Positions 30,745 to 32,000 of a stretch of DNA of 32,000 nt are shown piece after piece. The stretch spans positions 144,030 to 176,029 of the forward strand of contig NW_008806295.1 of NCBI RefSeq assembly GCF_000400465.1, read 5' to 3'. Origin of the DNA: Wallemia ichthyophaga EXF-994. Lineage: Eukaryota; Fungi; Basidiomycota. Below the pieces are notes generated by a model, which had not been told where the DNA came from, did no database searches, and saw nothing but the letters and a program-made list of their open reading frames with translations. Within the stretch, counting starts at the first letter, position 1, and every line of letters starts with the position of its first letter. The translations under genes and the position numbers were made by a program.

Positions 30745-31437
30745 ATGGACGCTAGAAGTCTGCTTAGGGCAAAAAAAGCTGAAAGAGGCACAGCTGCATC
30801 TGCGAAAGGCAGGAAAAGGCAAGCGGAGACTGTAGAGATTGGCTCAGAGAAGAAGCGTAGATCTGAAGTTGGTGTGGAAGAAACTCAATCTCAACGAGAC
30901 TTGCCTGGTGATTTCTTCGATGGTGGTGTAGATTCTACAACGCATAGCGATGCGAAAGATTCTCCTGAAGAGCGCACTCAACAAGATACCAACGACAATG
31001 CACCAACTGAGCAGCCACAACAACCACAACAACCACAACAACCACAACAACCACAACGATCAATAGAAGACGAGCTAATGGCATTCGATAATGAAATATC
31101 CCAACTGGACACTCAACCACAGCAACCCGCATACAACCCCCAAGTATACGCAAATGCAACTATATCTGCAGATCCCATCCTCAATACACAAACTAACGCT
31201 TTGAACGATGGTCTCCCCGATTCTACTGTACCCTCTCACAGCGAACGCGCGAAAGTCGTCAGCGAGGAGCAGAAACGAATGGATGAGGAGGAGAAATTGC
31301 GCAGGATACAGGCCTACGAGAATGAAGACTATGCTTTGCGATTGGAAGAAGAAGCTCGAGCGCAAGAGGAGGCTGATGCTAGAGTCTCAGCTCTCAAATC
31401 ACGCATGGAGGAGATTAAAGCTCGTAGGCGTAAGTGA
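30745..31437 (+). CDS. Coiled-coil protein, ZNF830/CCDC16-like, with no zinc finger visible
   Basis: MDARSLLRAKK N-terminus, an LPGDFFD motif resembling LPEGFFD of ZNF830, ELMAFDNEI and a C-terminal E/R-rich coiled coil. The family assignment is from memory only. Confidence 0.6.
   Translation: MDARSLLRAKKAERGTAASAKGRKRQAETVEIGSEKKRRSEVGVEETQSQRDLPGDFFDGGVDSTTHSDAKDSPEERTQQDTNDNAPTEQPQQPQQPQQPQQPQRSIEDELMAFDNEISQLDTQPQQPAYNPQVYANATISADPILNTQTNALNDGLPDSTVPSHSERAKVVSEEQKRMDEEEKLRRIQAYENEDYALRLEEEARAQEEADARVSALKSRMEEIKARRRK
31012..31056 (+). repeat. Coding 9-bp tandem repeat (CAACCACAA)x5 encoding (QPQ)5
   Basis: CAGCCACAA followed by four perfect CAACCACAA units. Confidence 0.95.
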
Positions 31438-31760
31438 AATAATTTTTGTTAGATATTCACAATATTGTTGTATTATGTATTGTACATTCTATTGCTTCCC
31501 GTGTGTACTTGTTTGCGGGGATTGAGTCTTAAGGAGACTTTATGAGGTTAGCTTACATCAGAACAATGTCCTCAAATAAACATAGCTGAGCAGAATTCAA
31601 CACAGCCTGAGACAATAGACCTATACCCCTGATGTAAAGACTCTTTGGCAAGTATAAAACTTAAAAAGGACCTTTGCCAGCTTTAAGTGCTAGTAAGCCC
31701 TTGTCAAAAGAGATTCAAAGATTTATCTGAAATCAAATATTTAAAAACAGAGAAGTCGCA

Positions 31761-31765
31761 AAAAA
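31761..31765 (-). terminator. Pol III terminator of tRNA-Glu
   Basis: TTTTT on the minus strand, 2 nt after the discriminator base. Confidence 0.7.
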
Positions 31766-31767
31766 TA

Positions 31768-31839
31768 TTCGGTTACCGGGAATCGAACCCGGGTCTCCAG
31801 AATGAGAATCTGGGAGGATAGCCCCTACCACATAACCGA
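31768..31839 (-). tRNA. tRNA-Glu (anticodon CTC), intronless
   Basis: Acceptor stem TCGGTTA/TAACCGA, anticodon arm CCAGA-TTCTCAT-TCTGG, T arm CCGGG-TTCGATT-CCCGG, discriminator A and a downstream T5. Confidence 0.9.
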
Positions 31840-32000
31840 TTTTTAGGCTCAACTGCTGATAACCATTGAACTGATCGTTCGTTAAAAGTTCTTTACGAAT
31901 AACAATATAATATTGGAAAAAGATTATCCAAACACATTATCTAAAAAGTTTCTTTAATAGAGAACCACAAACAATTTAGAAATTACGGCGCTAGTCAAGA

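Overview
Very gene-dense eukaryotic (fungal) genomic DNA. The standard genetic code is used and the GT-AG introns I could reconstruct by hand are tiny (about 40-52 nt). This compactness and the gene set suggest a basidiomycete with a reduced genome, such as Wallemia; that is an inference, not a database match. Most of the window is housekeeping genes: BET2, TRM8, a gamma-glutamyltranspeptidase, LSB6, eIF5B, SHE4/UNC-45, NTAQ1, SET2, SPC3, EXO5, DML1, FUM1, MRPL33 and a ZNF830-like gene, plus tRNA-Glu(CTC). Features not visible in the ORF track: (1) an SRP RNA gene on the minus strand at about 18672-18938; (2) a decaying three-copy tandem array of MBOAT/wax-synthase-type O-acyltransferases at 8.1-13.2 kb, in which every copy is damaged at its 5' end; (3) a stop-riddled F-box-like pseudogene at 23.9-25.3 kb; (4) five head-to-head gene pairs whose start codons are only 8-67 bp apart; (5) four adjacent mitochondria-related genes. 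I found no CRISPR array, rRNA or recognisable transposon. All calls come from manual translation and remembered family motifs; no searches were run.
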